Of a stretch of DNA of 64,000 bases, positions 46,118 to 54,713 are shown in pieces. How positions within the stretch are numbered: position 1 is the first letter of the stretch; each line of letters starts with the position of its first letter. The stretch is from Pseudomonadota bacterium. GTDB taxonomy: Bacteria > Desulfobacterota > Desulfobulbia > Desulfobulbales > SURF-16. The notes beneath the pieces are model-generated. The model made no database searches, was not told the origin of the DNA, and worked only from the letters and a program-made list of their open reading frames with translations. The stretch covers positions 19,458-83,457 of the forward strand of contig JAZDEG010000028.1 in NCBI GenBank assembly GCA_043809085.1. The letters run 5' to 3'. The position numbers and the translations under genes were made by a program.

Positions 46118-46740
46118 ACTGTTATCAATTAAATTTAGCCCAAAACGGCAAGGTCCGCCCGTCACCCTTCATGACTGCTTGCACCGCTTTGATCATCTTT
46201 TCCGGATTGTGCATCCCATCCAGCAATTTAAGGACAAAACAAACAAATACATATCCATCAAAAGGCTTGAGTACAGAGAAAAATGTCATATAGCTGCAGT
46301 TTTTATGGATTAAAGTTTCGAAGAATCAGAAAATTGTACTTGTAAATGAAGCAAGATCTTTACCAAATCATTGAGATTTCGTTTTAAATTGCGGGAACGG
46401 GGATCACACCCCAAAAAAGCCAAAAGAATTAAAACGCAACCTATTGATATTCTGGACTTAACCTACAATAACACCAAAAAAAACGCAGAACAAAATTACC
46501 CTTACCCCACGATCATTTTCTATCATGAGCCTCGCAGAGGAGTTCTGTGTCCCCGTGAAATCAGTTTCTGATGATTTTGATAACCAGTTTCTGACGGATC
46601 AACCCATGTAACCGTCTTTACACCTGACTGATTCACACCCTTCCGTGGTTGTTTTTCTGCGCCTCTCTGTGTAGAATGAAACAAGCAAGTTTGCGAATAT
46701 TTCTTTCTTCAATAATAGTTTACAAATAGCAAGGTGTTAC

Positions 46741-46902
46741 ATGGAACTTGTCAAAATTATCTGCGCCATCCTCCTTCCCCCTGTGGGGGTCTTTCTTCAG
46801 GTCGGGATCGGCAAGCATTTCTGGATCAATATCATCCTGACTCTTCTCGGCTATGTCCCAGGCATTGTCCATGCGGTCTGGGTTATTGCAAAAAAGAAAT
46901 AA
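46741..46902 (+). CDS. Pmp3/YqaE-family small hydrophobic stress proteolipid (53 aa), absent from the supplied ORF track
   Basis: My own translation, MELVKIICAILLPPVGVFLQVGIGKHFWINIILTLLGYVPGIVHAVWVIAKKK*, matches the Pmp3/UPF0057 pattern (LPP.GV, FWIN..LT.LG..PG..HA). Confidence 0.75.
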   Translation: MELVKIICAILLPPVGVFLQVGIGKHFWINIILTLLGYVPGIVHAVWVIAKKK

Positions 46903-46929
46903 CCCCGAAAAAAACAACCTGGTATTCAC

Positions 46930-47358
46930 ATGGCAAAACTCTTCTGGAAAAGCGAATACAACGTCAACTCTCGATATATCGATCAACAGCATCAGCACCT
47001 GCTGGCAATCGTCAATGATTTTAATGAAGCTATCACGGCAGGCAAAGGCAAGCAAGCAGCCTATCCTATACTGAATCGCTTGGTGCAGTATGCGGAAGAA
47101 CACTTCCGGGATGAAGAGAAGCTGATGCGAATGGCTCGTTATCCGCAAAACGAACTGAACAGCCACATCAATGATCATGAAAAACTGACCGAAGAAATTT
47201 TCCAGCACACGGAAAACTGGAGCAACTATGGCGAGGAGGCATTGCCACGGATAGGAGAATTCCTCAAGAAATGGCTTATGGATCACATCCTCACAGCAGA
47301 CAAGAAATACAGCAAATATGTCGTCAACATTGACGACAAATACCTGTCTGTAAAATAA
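46930..47358 (+). CDS. Bacteriohemerythrin (hemerythrin-like diiron protein)
   Basis: WKSEYNVNSRYIDQQHQHLL, AEEHFRDEEKLM, HINDHEKL, WLMDHILTADKKY carry the hemerythrin His/Glu/Asp ligand pattern. Confidence 0.9.
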   Translation: MAKLFWKSEYNVNSRYIDQQHQHLLAIVNDFNEAITAGKGKQAAYPILNRLVQYAEEHFRDEEKLMRMARYPQNELNSHINDHEKLTEEIFQHTENWSNYGEEALPRIGEFLKKWLMDHILTADKKYSKYVVNIDDKYLSVK

Positions 47359-47381
47359 CCGGATAAATCAGCAGACATCAC

Positions 47382-47421
47382 AAAAACACCCCGGCTTCAT
47401 CTGGAAGCCGGGGTGTTTTTT
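47382..47421. terminator. Bidirectional Rho-independent terminator between the hemerythrin gene and the giant gene
   Basis: A 12-bp GC-rich stem (caccccggcttc 47387-47398 / gaagccggggtg 47404-47415) flanked by A5 on the left and T6 on the right. A U-tract therefore follows the hairpin on both strands. Confidence 0.75.
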
Positions 47422-47444
47422 CTTGTCCTTTAACCCTATGATTT

Positions 47445-50400
47445 TCAGGGTATAAGGATCTCCAGATCACCATCCTCATCGACTGTATATTCAAACCTTT
47501 TCAATGAGTTATCAATGACCAGAATACTGATATCATAACTGCCTGCCTTTTGATACTGATGAGTAACACCGTTCGTCAGGGTTGATATGACATTGGACGA
47601 AACCAGCGTCTGTTTCCGATCTCCCCAGTAGACATACGCACGCGCAATCTGCGATGGAAGCAATGTTGCGCGCAGAACCACCTCATTACCATTCACGCCC
47701 GTCGTGAAACCGATACTGCTGAGAGGATTTGTAACCGAAACGGCACCGGCCTGGACCGTATCACTCGCTGTCAAACCGGTTATATCTTCGGTAATGTTTA
47801 CTGTCGCCGTGTATGAGCCAAATTCGTCATACTGGAACTCGACGATATCATTGCCGTTTCCGCCAACCACTACTCCCGGACCGCCGAAATCCCAGGTAAA
47901 AGTACAGTTGAGCTTGACCGGATAAATAATTCCCCGATCGTCATACGCATCCTCATAGCACGATGACCTGGACGCATTGAACGACACCACCCGGTCAAAT
48001 TTCTTGGACGACAGAGCGCTTGGAAAGGGAATGAGATGAATACCGGAGTAGTCACTCAACTCACCAATTGCAAAAGGTGAGAAAGAAGTGGCGAAACCAC
48101 AGATGACGTTATTTACCGTATCCACGGAATCGGTAATATCCTCCCAGCCGTCCACTCCCCGGTGCCACAGGACGAGATCCGCTTCATCACCGATGACATC
48201 GGATTCACTATAATCAAGACAGACATAGCCGTCAGGGCTGCATTCCAGATCAATATCAAGCGCCCGGTCTTTCAGCAGCCTGTAATCTGGCGGGGGAACA
48301 GGTTTGATCATGACAAATGTCGACATTGTGCACCCGCCGGTGTCAACACTGGGCAAGGTAATTGTTGCATCTGACTGGGGGGTGGCAACCGCAACATTTG
48401 ATCCCGAAGGAACCGGAATAAGATCCGGGTTCGCCCCGGCGCTTGTCTTCGGTTCACCAGCGGCGAACGTTGTAAAAGTGGTCGTTCTGCCGCAGACCCA
48501 GTCATTATTTTTATCAAGAGAAAAAGTGATATCTTTCAGGCCGAGCTGGTCATAACGCAGCATGCGGACATCCCTTTCATTTGTCTGCACGTTCGCCTCA
48601 TCGTAGTTAAGGCAGACCGCACCTGACGTTGTCGGCTGCGGACACTGCAGATCGACCTTATACATCTTTCCCCCCACCTGCTGATACACAGAGGAAGGAA
48701 AGGCCTGCTGCACAACAGTAACCCGCAACAGACAGTCACTGTCCACCTGATCAATGACAAGCTTCAGCTCAGGAATGGGGCTGACCTCAACATTTTCACC
48801 AGCAGGAACGACAGTATCATCTATCAACCCGCAGCCTCTGCTGCCGGCATCGACTTTGTAAGGATCATTGGGACAGTAGTCATTGCAATCCATGGTCCCA
48901 TCGTTATCGGTATCAATATCCGCAACGCCGCAGCCGCATATTCCCGCTACAACCTTGCCGGCATCATGAGGACAGCCATCAAGATCGCCACAGACTCCAT
49001 CGGTGTCCGCATCGTTGAAGAAATCGTTGGGGCAGGTGTCACAGACATCGCCTTTCCCGTCGTTATCCGCGTCGACCTGGCTGTTGTTGGCAGTAACCGG
49101 ACAGTTGTCCACATTACCGCACACACCATCACCATCCGTATCATTAGCCGGATCATTGGGACAAGTATCAACGTCACCGCAGATTCCGTCACCATCCGCA
49201 TCATTGGCCGGATCTGCCGGGCAGACATCACAGGCATCGCCCAAACCGTCACCGTCACCATTCAGCTGGCTGGTGTTGGCAACGGTTGTACAGTTATCAC
49301 GGTCTCCTGTTTTCGGAGCGCTAAAGCCAGTACCGGCACAGATCCCGTCACCATCTATATCATTGTGCAGGTCACTTGGACACGAATCGCACACGTCACC
49401 GAAGTTGTCGTTATCCCCGTTGGCCTGATTTGCATTGGCCAGGGTCGGACAGTTATCCACGTTGCCGCAAATCCCATCACCATCGACATCATTTGCCGCA
49501 TCATCAGGACAACTGTCATTGCAGTTTGCGATGGAGTCACCGTCATTATCGGTATCCGGCACACCGCAACCACACTGGCCGGCACTGCTCTTTGACGAAT
49601 CAGCGGGGCACTCATCCACATCACCGCAGACACCGTCCCCATCCGCATCATTATCCGAATCATTGGGACAGACATCGCAGGCATCACCGATGGAATCTCC
49701 ATCACCATCCTGCTGTCCACTGTTGGCAACCGACGGACAATTATCAACATCACCACAGAGGGAATCGCCGTCCGCGTCATTGTTCGGATCGTTTATACAG
49801 CTGTCGCAAACATCGCCAAACAAGTCGCCGTCAGCATTACTCTGATCCGCGTTTGCAACATTCGGGCAGTTATCAATATTACCGCAGACAGTGTCGCCGT
49901 CGCTGTCATTGTTCGCGTCACTGGGGCAGATATCAACATCGCCGCATATACCGTCCTTGTCCGCGTCATTGGCAGAGTCATTCGGACAGACATCACAGAC
50001 ATCGCCCCAGGAATCCCCATCAATATTGGACTGATCGGTGTTTGCCGCAGTCTGGCAGTTATCATGATCACCTGTTTTCGGCGCGGTAAAACCAGTCCCG
50101 GCGCAGATACCATCTCCATCTATATCATTTCTGAAATCATCCGGGCACGAATCACAGACATCGCCAAACGAATCACTGTCCCTGTTGCGCTGATTTGGAT
50201 TGGCAATGGTGGGACAGTTGTCCAGACTATTCATGATTCCGTCCAAATCGCTGTCATTGGAGCAGGGAGAGTTCGTGTCGCACAGATCGCCGATATTGTC
50301 ATGATCACAATCCGCCTGACCCGGATTTACAACACTCAAACAATTATCAAGGCAGTCAACAACGCCGTCACCATCGCTGTCAGGCGTGGGGCCGCAGGTT

Positions 50401-53400
50401 CCGCAGAGGTTGGTGACACCATCATCCACCGCTCCGTCGCAGTCGTTGTCAAGATTATCACAGATCTCGGCCGTTGCGCCAAGAAGCGCGTCACAGGTAT
50501 TGTTTCCCCATACGCCGGCTGTGCAGGTCTCGACTCCGGTGTTGCCCGAGCAGAGACCAACGCCGCAGCTCGTGTTCCGGCTCAGATTCTCGTCAATCGT
50601 GCCGCTGCAGTTGTTGTCTTTATTATCGCAGCTTTCAGCCCTGCCGGGATAGTTCCTCGAATCGTTGTCATCACAGTCATCCTTGGTACCGGTGCAGGAA
50701 CCAATACTCGTATGACCGTCGCCATCGGCATCAACGGACAGGCCGTCATCATTGATTCCGTCGCAGTCGTTGTCAAGACCATCACAGATCTCAACAGTCG
50801 CTCCGAGAAGCGCGTCACAGGTACTGTTTCCCCAGACGCCGGCGGAGCAAGTCTCGACTCCGGTATTGCCGGAGCACAGGCCAACACCACAGGTGTTTGC
50901 ACGGGAAAGGTCTTCATCCACTACCCCGTCACAGTTATTGTCCCTGTTGTCGCATGTTTCAGCCTGCGGCAGGACCTGATTCAGGCATGGGCCCCAGGTG
51001 CTGTTCGCCTGACAAGTCTGCGTTCCAGCCACGCAGGTGCCGACATTTTCAGTTCCATCGGGTCCGTTGTAACAGGATTGGGTCTGACCAGGTGTGCATT
51101 CGCAGTTCGGATCAAGCACGCCGTCACAGTCGTTGTCTCTTGCGTCGCAGGAGGTTTCAGAAACCTCATAGTATGGAAGAATTGTATAGTTGTTGATCCA
51201 GCCGCTGGCGCCGCTGCATGTCTTGCTCGCGCCGCTGCACACCCCGACCTGGTTGTCAGTCGGTGGCGCCGTAAGGTTGTCATCATTGATGCCGTCACAG
51301 TCGTTGTCAAGGCCGTCACAGATCTCAACTGTGGCTCCAAGAAGCGCGTCACAGGTATTGTTCCCCCAGACGCCGGCTGTGCAGGTCTCAACTCCGGTAT
51401 TGCCCGAGCAGAGGCCAACACCACAGCTCGTGTTCCGGCTCAGATTCTCGTCAACATCACCATTACAGTTGTTGTCCTTATTATCGCAACTTTCAGCCCT
51501 GCCGGGATAGTTGGTCGAATCGTTGTCATCGCAGTCATCCTTGCTGCCCGTACAGGAAGCAAGGGAGGTATGACCGTCGCCATCCGCGTCAACCGAGAGA
51601 CCGTCATCATTGATGCCGTCACAGTCGTTGTCAAGGCCGTCACAAATTTCGGCAGTCGCTCCGAGAAGCGCGTCACAGGTATTGTTCCCCCAGACGCCGG
51701 CGGTGCAGGTCTCGACTCCGGTATTGCCCGAGCAGAGGCCAACACCACAGCTCGTGTTCCGGCTCAGATTCTCGTCAACATCACCATTACAGTTATTGTC
51801 CTTATTATCGCAGCTTTCAGCCCTGCCGGGATAGTTGGTAGGGTCGGCATCATCGCAGTCGTCCTTGGTCCCCGTGCAGGAAGCAAGGGAGGTATGGCCG
51901 TCGCCATCGGCGTCAACAGAGAGACCGTCATCATTGATGCCGTCACAGTCGTTGTCAAGGCCGTCACAGATCTCGGCAGTCGCTCCGAGAAGCGCGTCAC
52001 AGGTATTGTTCCCCCAGACGCCGGCCGAGCAGGTTTCCACTCCGGTATTGCCCGAGCAGAGGCCAACACCACAGCTCGTGTTCCGGCTCAGATTCTCGTC
52101 AACATCACCATTACAGTTATTGTCCTTATTATCGCAGCTTTCAGCCCTGCCGGGATAGTTGCTCGAATCGTTGTCATCACAGTCATCCCTGCTGCCCGTG
52201 CAGGAAGCAAGGGAGGTATGACCGTCGCCCTCCGCGTCAACCGAGAGACCGTCATCATCGAGGCCGTCACAGTCGTTGTCAAGGCCGTCACAGATCTCGG
52301 CAGTCGCTCCGAGAAGCGCGTCACAGGTACTGTTTCCCCAGACGCCGGCGGTGCAGGTTTCCACTCCTGTATTGCCTGAGCACAGACCAACGCCGCAGCT
52401 CGTGTTCCGGCTCAGATTCTCGTCAACCGTGCCGCTGCAGTTGTTGTCCTTGTTGTCGCAGGTCTCCGTGTTACCGGGATAGTTATTCGAGTCATTGTCA
52501 TCGCAGTCATCCTTGGTCCCTGTACAGGAAGAAAGGGATGTATGACCGTCGCCGTCAACATCAAAAGTCAGGCCGTTATCAACGGCACCATTACAGTCGT
52601 TGTCAAGTCCGTCACAGATCTCGGCAGTCGCACCGAAAAGCGCGTCACAGGTATCATTCCCCCAGACCCCGGCGAAGCAGGTCTCAACTCCGGTATTGCC
52701 CGAGCACAGACCAACGCCGCAACTCGTGTTCCGGCTCAGATTCTCGTCAACCGTGCCGCTGCAGTTGTTGTCAGCATTATCGCAGGTCTCTTGATTACCC
52801 GGGAAATTATTTGCATTGTCGTCTTCGCAGTCATCCCGTGTACCGGAACAGGAATCAATTGAGCTGTGACCATCGCCATCAGCATCATAGATAATTGAGG
52901 GATCAACATTTGTTGCGGTGAAACTTGGACTGGCCGACGGATTGGTTGAGAGAAAAAAACCATCAAAGCGTAACGCATCTTCCCGGGACCAGATAGTTAT
53001 TGCATGCGATCCAGCACTCGGAACGCTGATCCGGGTCGTGTTGGAACTGTAAAAATCATCATTGGTCCACTGCCAGTTATTACTCCTCGCAGACTGGGCG
53101 GCGGAAGCGCTTGTTGTCAGCCCGTTCAAACCATACCAAAGCTCTGAGTTGCCGTTGTTGTTGGTGTTGTTCACCCGGAACCAGATGTAATATGTGCCGG
53201 CCGCGGGAAAATTCAAATTATACTGCACCGGAAATCCGCTGGGTGGAGGAGTCGCATCATTGATCAGGGCCGAGAGATAGGCATTGCCATTACCGGAACC
53301 GGTCTGCCGGGACCAGGAATCGCCAAGAACACTGTATTTTTCCGCCTCAACGTAAGTTCCGACCGGATTCACGTTGCAGGAAGTGGAGCCGCTGCAGGTC

Positions 53401-54167
53401 TCATCATAACCGTTGCAGTTCTGATCAACGCCGTCGCCGCAGCTCTCCAGGGCACCGGGATAAGCGCCCGGATCATTGTCATTGCAGTCGTCCGCATTGA
53501 CAATATCACAACCAACGGGCCAGCACTGGGCCCCGACACAGGAGCCCTGATTCGGGCCGGTTGGATCATAATGGCCGTCCCCGTCAAGATCGTCACAAAA
53601 ATAATCAACCGATTCAGCGATGGTCACCGTATAATCTTCTGTTTCCCCATAGGTATAGGTGCCGCAAGCAATGGGTGCTGTATTGTATTCCAGGATAACC
53701 CGCATTCTGGTATCGCCGAGAACCGCATCAGCCGGCACCACAACATCCCGGCTAAAGGTATGAATATCACTGACCGTGGCGCTGCCGAAATTAATTTCCT
53801 CACTGGCTCCAAATACACCGTCATGATTAAAATCAATCCACGCCTTGACATACTCAAGCCAGGGACCGCCCTGGGTGACGACCATGGAAACCGAACTGAG
53901 GGAATATGTCTCGCCCCGGTTTAATATCGTCAATACCGAGCCGGTGAAATCGGAATAATTGCTTGCCCCGGACAGATTGGAGGCGCCGTTGATTTCAACT
54001 TCGTTAACATGTTCGTAACTCGCATCGGTCGATTGAGAAGCGCAGTAGGTCTGAGAACGAGCGTCCGTCGCCATGGAGGGTATCAAAACAAGATTGGCGA
54101 ACAACAGAGACAAGGCGACATTCAAGCCGCACTGAGGGAGGCGGAATACAGATTGAATTTTCTTCAT
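47445..54167 (-). CDS. Giant secreted mosaic protein (2,240 aa): signal peptide, GEVED domain, lectin-like beta-sandwich, 6 x 108-aa Cys-rich MopE-type repeats, ~22 thrombospondin type 3 Ca-binding repeats, two Ig-like modules, two PKD-like modules
   Basis: An uninterrupted 6.7-kb ORF. Signal peptide MKKIQSVFRLPQCGLNVALSLLFANLVLIPSMA. YGETEDYTV (GEVED). Repeated CDGLDNDCDG / CDNKDNNCNG motifs. DNCPxxANxxQxDxDGDxxGDxCD units. FTWDFGG and YVYWGD...HQYQKAGSY PKD-like motifs. Confidence 0.9.
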   Translation of the reverse strand: MKKIQSVFRLPQCGLNVALSLLFANLVLIPSMATDARSQTYCASQSTDASYEHVNEVEINGASNLSGASNYSDFTGSVLTILNRGETYSLSSVSMVVTQGGPWLEYVKAWIDFNHDGVFGASEEINFGSATVSDIHTFSRDVVVPADAVLGDTRMRVILEYNTAPIACGTYTYGETEDYTVTIAESVDYFCDDLDGDGHYDPTGPNQGSCVGAQCWPVGCDIVNADDCNDNDPGAYPGALESCGDGVDQNCNGYDETCSGSTSCNVNPVGTYVEAEKYSVLGDSWSRQTGSGNGNAYLSALINDATPPPSGFPVQYNLNFPAAGTYYIWFRVNNTNNNGNSELWYGLNGLTTSASAAQSARSNNWQWTNDDFYSSNTTRISVPSAGSHAITIWSREDALRFDGFFLSTNPSASPSFTATNVDPSIIYDADGDGHSSIDSCSGTRDDCEDDNANNFPGNQETCDNADNNCSGTVDENLSRNTSCGVGLCSGNTGVETCFAGVWGNDTCDALFGATAEICDGLDNDCNGAVDNGLTFDVDGDGHTSLSSCTGTKDDCDDNDSNNYPGNTETCDNKDNNCSGTVDENLSRNTSCGVGLCSGNTGVETCTAGVWGNSTCDALLGATAEICDGLDNDCDGLDDDGLSVDAEGDGHTSLASCTGSRDDCDDNDSSNYPGRAESCDNKDNNCNGDVDENLSRNTSCGVGLCSGNTGVETCSAGVWGNNTCDALLGATAEICDGLDNDCDGINDDGLSVDADGDGHTSLASCTGTKDDCDDADPTNYPGRAESCDNKDNNCNGDVDENLSRNTSCGVGLCSGNTGVETCTAGVWGNNTCDALLGATAEICDGLDNDCDGINDDGLSVDADGDGHTSLASCTGSKDDCDDNDSTNYPGRAESCDNKDNNCNGDVDENLSRNTSCGVGLCSGNTGVETCTAGVWGNNTCDALLGATVEICDGLDNDCDGINDDNLTAPPTDNQVGVCSGASKTCSGASGWINNYTILPYYEVSETSCDARDNDCDGVLDPNCECTPGQTQSCYNGPDGTENVGTCVAGTQTCQANSTWGPCLNQVLPQAETCDNRDNNCDGVVDEDLSRANTCGVGLCSGNTGVETCSAGVWGNSTCDALLGATVEICDGLDNDCDGINDDGLSVDADGDGHTSIGSCTGTKDDCDDNDSRNYPGRAESCDNKDNNCSGTIDENLSRNTSCGVGLCSGNTGVETCTAGVWGNNTCDALLGATAEICDNLDNDCDGAVDDGVTNLCGTCGPTPDSDGDGVVDCLDNCLSVVNPGQADCDHDNIGDLCDTNSPCSNDSDLDGIMNSLDNCPTIANPNQRNRDSDSFGDVCDSCPDDFRNDIDGDGICAGTGFTAPKTGDHDNCQTAANTDQSNIDGDSWGDVCDVCPNDSANDADKDGICGDVDICPSDANNDSDGDTVCGNIDNCPNVANADQSNADGDLFGDVCDSCINDPNNDADGDSLCGDVDNCPSVANSGQQDGDGDSIGDACDVCPNDSDNDADGDGVCGDVDECPADSSKSSAGQCGCGVPDTDNDGDSIANCNDSCPDDAANDVDGDGICGNVDNCPTLANANQANGDNDNFGDVCDSCPSDLHNDIDGDGICAGTGFSAPKTGDRDNCTTVANTSQLNGDGDGLGDACDVCPADPANDADGDGICGDVDTCPNDPANDTDGDGVCGNVDNCPVTANNSQVDADNDGKGDVCDTCPNDFFNDADTDGVCGDLDGCPHDAGKVVAGICGCGVADIDTDNDGTMDCNDYCPNDPYKVDAGSRGCGLIDDTVVPAGENVEVSPIPELKLVIDQVDSDCLLRVTVVQQAFPSSVYQQVGGKMYKVDLQCPQPTTSGAVCLNYDEANVQTNERDVRMLRYDQLGLKDITFSLDKNNDWVCGRTTTFTTFAAGEPKTSAGANPDLIPVPSGSNVAVATPQSDATITLPSVDTGGCTMSTFVMIKPVPPPDYRLLKDRALDIDLECSPDGYVCLDYSESDVIGDEADLVLWHRGVDGWEDITDSVDTVNNVICGFATSFSPFAIGELSDYSGIHLIPFPSALSSKKFDRVVSFNASRSSCYEDAYDDRGIIYPVKLNCTFTWDFGGPGVVVGGNGNDIVEFQYDEFGSYTATVNITEDITGLTASDTVQAGAVSVTNPLSSIGFTTGVNGNEVVLRATLLPSQIARAYVYWGDRKQTLVSSNVISTLTNGVTHQYQKAGSYDISILVIDNSLKRFEYTVDEDGDLEILIP
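48816..50408 (-). repeat. Array of thrombospondin-type-3-like calcium-binding repeats (coding, aa 1254-1784 of the giant protein), including an internal ~245-aa duplication
   Basis: I count ~22 DxDxDG-type loops by eye. The block DIDGDGICAGTGF(T/S)APKTGD(H/R)DNC occurs twice. Confidence 0.8.
51267..52886 (-). repeat. Five head-to-tail 324-bp coding repeats (aa 428-967 of the giant protein). A sixth copy lies at 50409-50732 and a partial copy between them.
   Basis: The exact 60-nt string gaggccaacaccacagctcgtgttccggctcagattctcgtcaacatcaccattacagtt occurs at 51411, 51735 and 52059 (period 324). The protein units differ at only a few positions. Confidence 0.9.
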
Positions 54168-54378
54168 TTGTTTTTCCTGTTGTGACTTCTTTTATCAATG
54201 GTGAAAAAAGCCGAATTTCTACTAGTGTTTCAGCTGATTTCAATCAAACTATTCGCCGACATGACAAATTAACATAAACATTTGATTTCATATGACTTAT
54301 CTTACTTATCCGGTTTTCACTGATCTTACGCACCCCAACCAGTGACTTTCGTTCAAGAAAATACCGACTTTCGCTCAG

Positions 54379-54394
54379 AGCAATCCTTATGCCA
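54379..54394 (-). promoter_or_regulatory. Candidate sigma-54 (-24/-12) promoter of the giant gene
   Basis: The minus strand reads TGGCATAAGGATTGCT = TGGCAY-N5-TTGCW with canonical GG/GC spacing. It lies ~210 nt upstream of the ATG at 54167. It is the only such match I found in the intergenic regions of the window. Confidence 0.45.
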
Positions 54395-54713
54395 CGTTAA
54401 TCCCCCTCTTGTTGCCTTAGACGGTGGAACACGGCTATAACCCTGGAATGAAATATTTTTTCAAAAAATAATACAATCAACGGGAACTTTTCATAACGAC
54501 AGATACTCTGTTGCAATTGGTGAAATGCCCCAAAAAGGCTGCTGAAGGGGGAAATGCCGTACGCACAATGTGGCACTGGATTGATTTGGAAACTTCTTCA
54601 TCCTTCGGAAAGGTATCAGCATGGGGCGCCAAGAACACCACGATAAAAATGTCGATGAAAAAAAAGATAAGGAAAGGATCAGAGGATGGAACGGGCGAAA
54701 AGAAGAGACCGTA

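Noticed and set aside
50064-52379. A 771-aa plus-strand ORF, plus many 60-240-aa ORFs on both strands across 48.9-53.0 kb.
   Set aside because: These are antisense or off-frame shadows of the giant repeat-rich gene. Their translations are low-complexity (runs of V/T/A/G/I or S/P/R), periodic at 324 nt, and have no start context. The minus-strand frame gives coherent domain signatures throughout.
50409-52886. The regularly spaced repeats could have been mistaken for a CRISPR array or a satellite.
   Set aside because: The period is 324 bp with no unique spacers. The units are contiguous, in frame and encode a conserved Cys-rich protein module. No cas genes are present.
54168-54400. I looked for a c-di-GMP (GEMM-type) or other riboswitch in the ~200-nt leader of the giant gene.
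   Set aside because: I could not find the conserved GEMM features (paired P1/P2 hairpins with a GNRA tetraloop/receptor and the ACGCAAAGC-like core). Only a weak hairpin+U6 and a direct repeat are present. This needs cmscan to settle.
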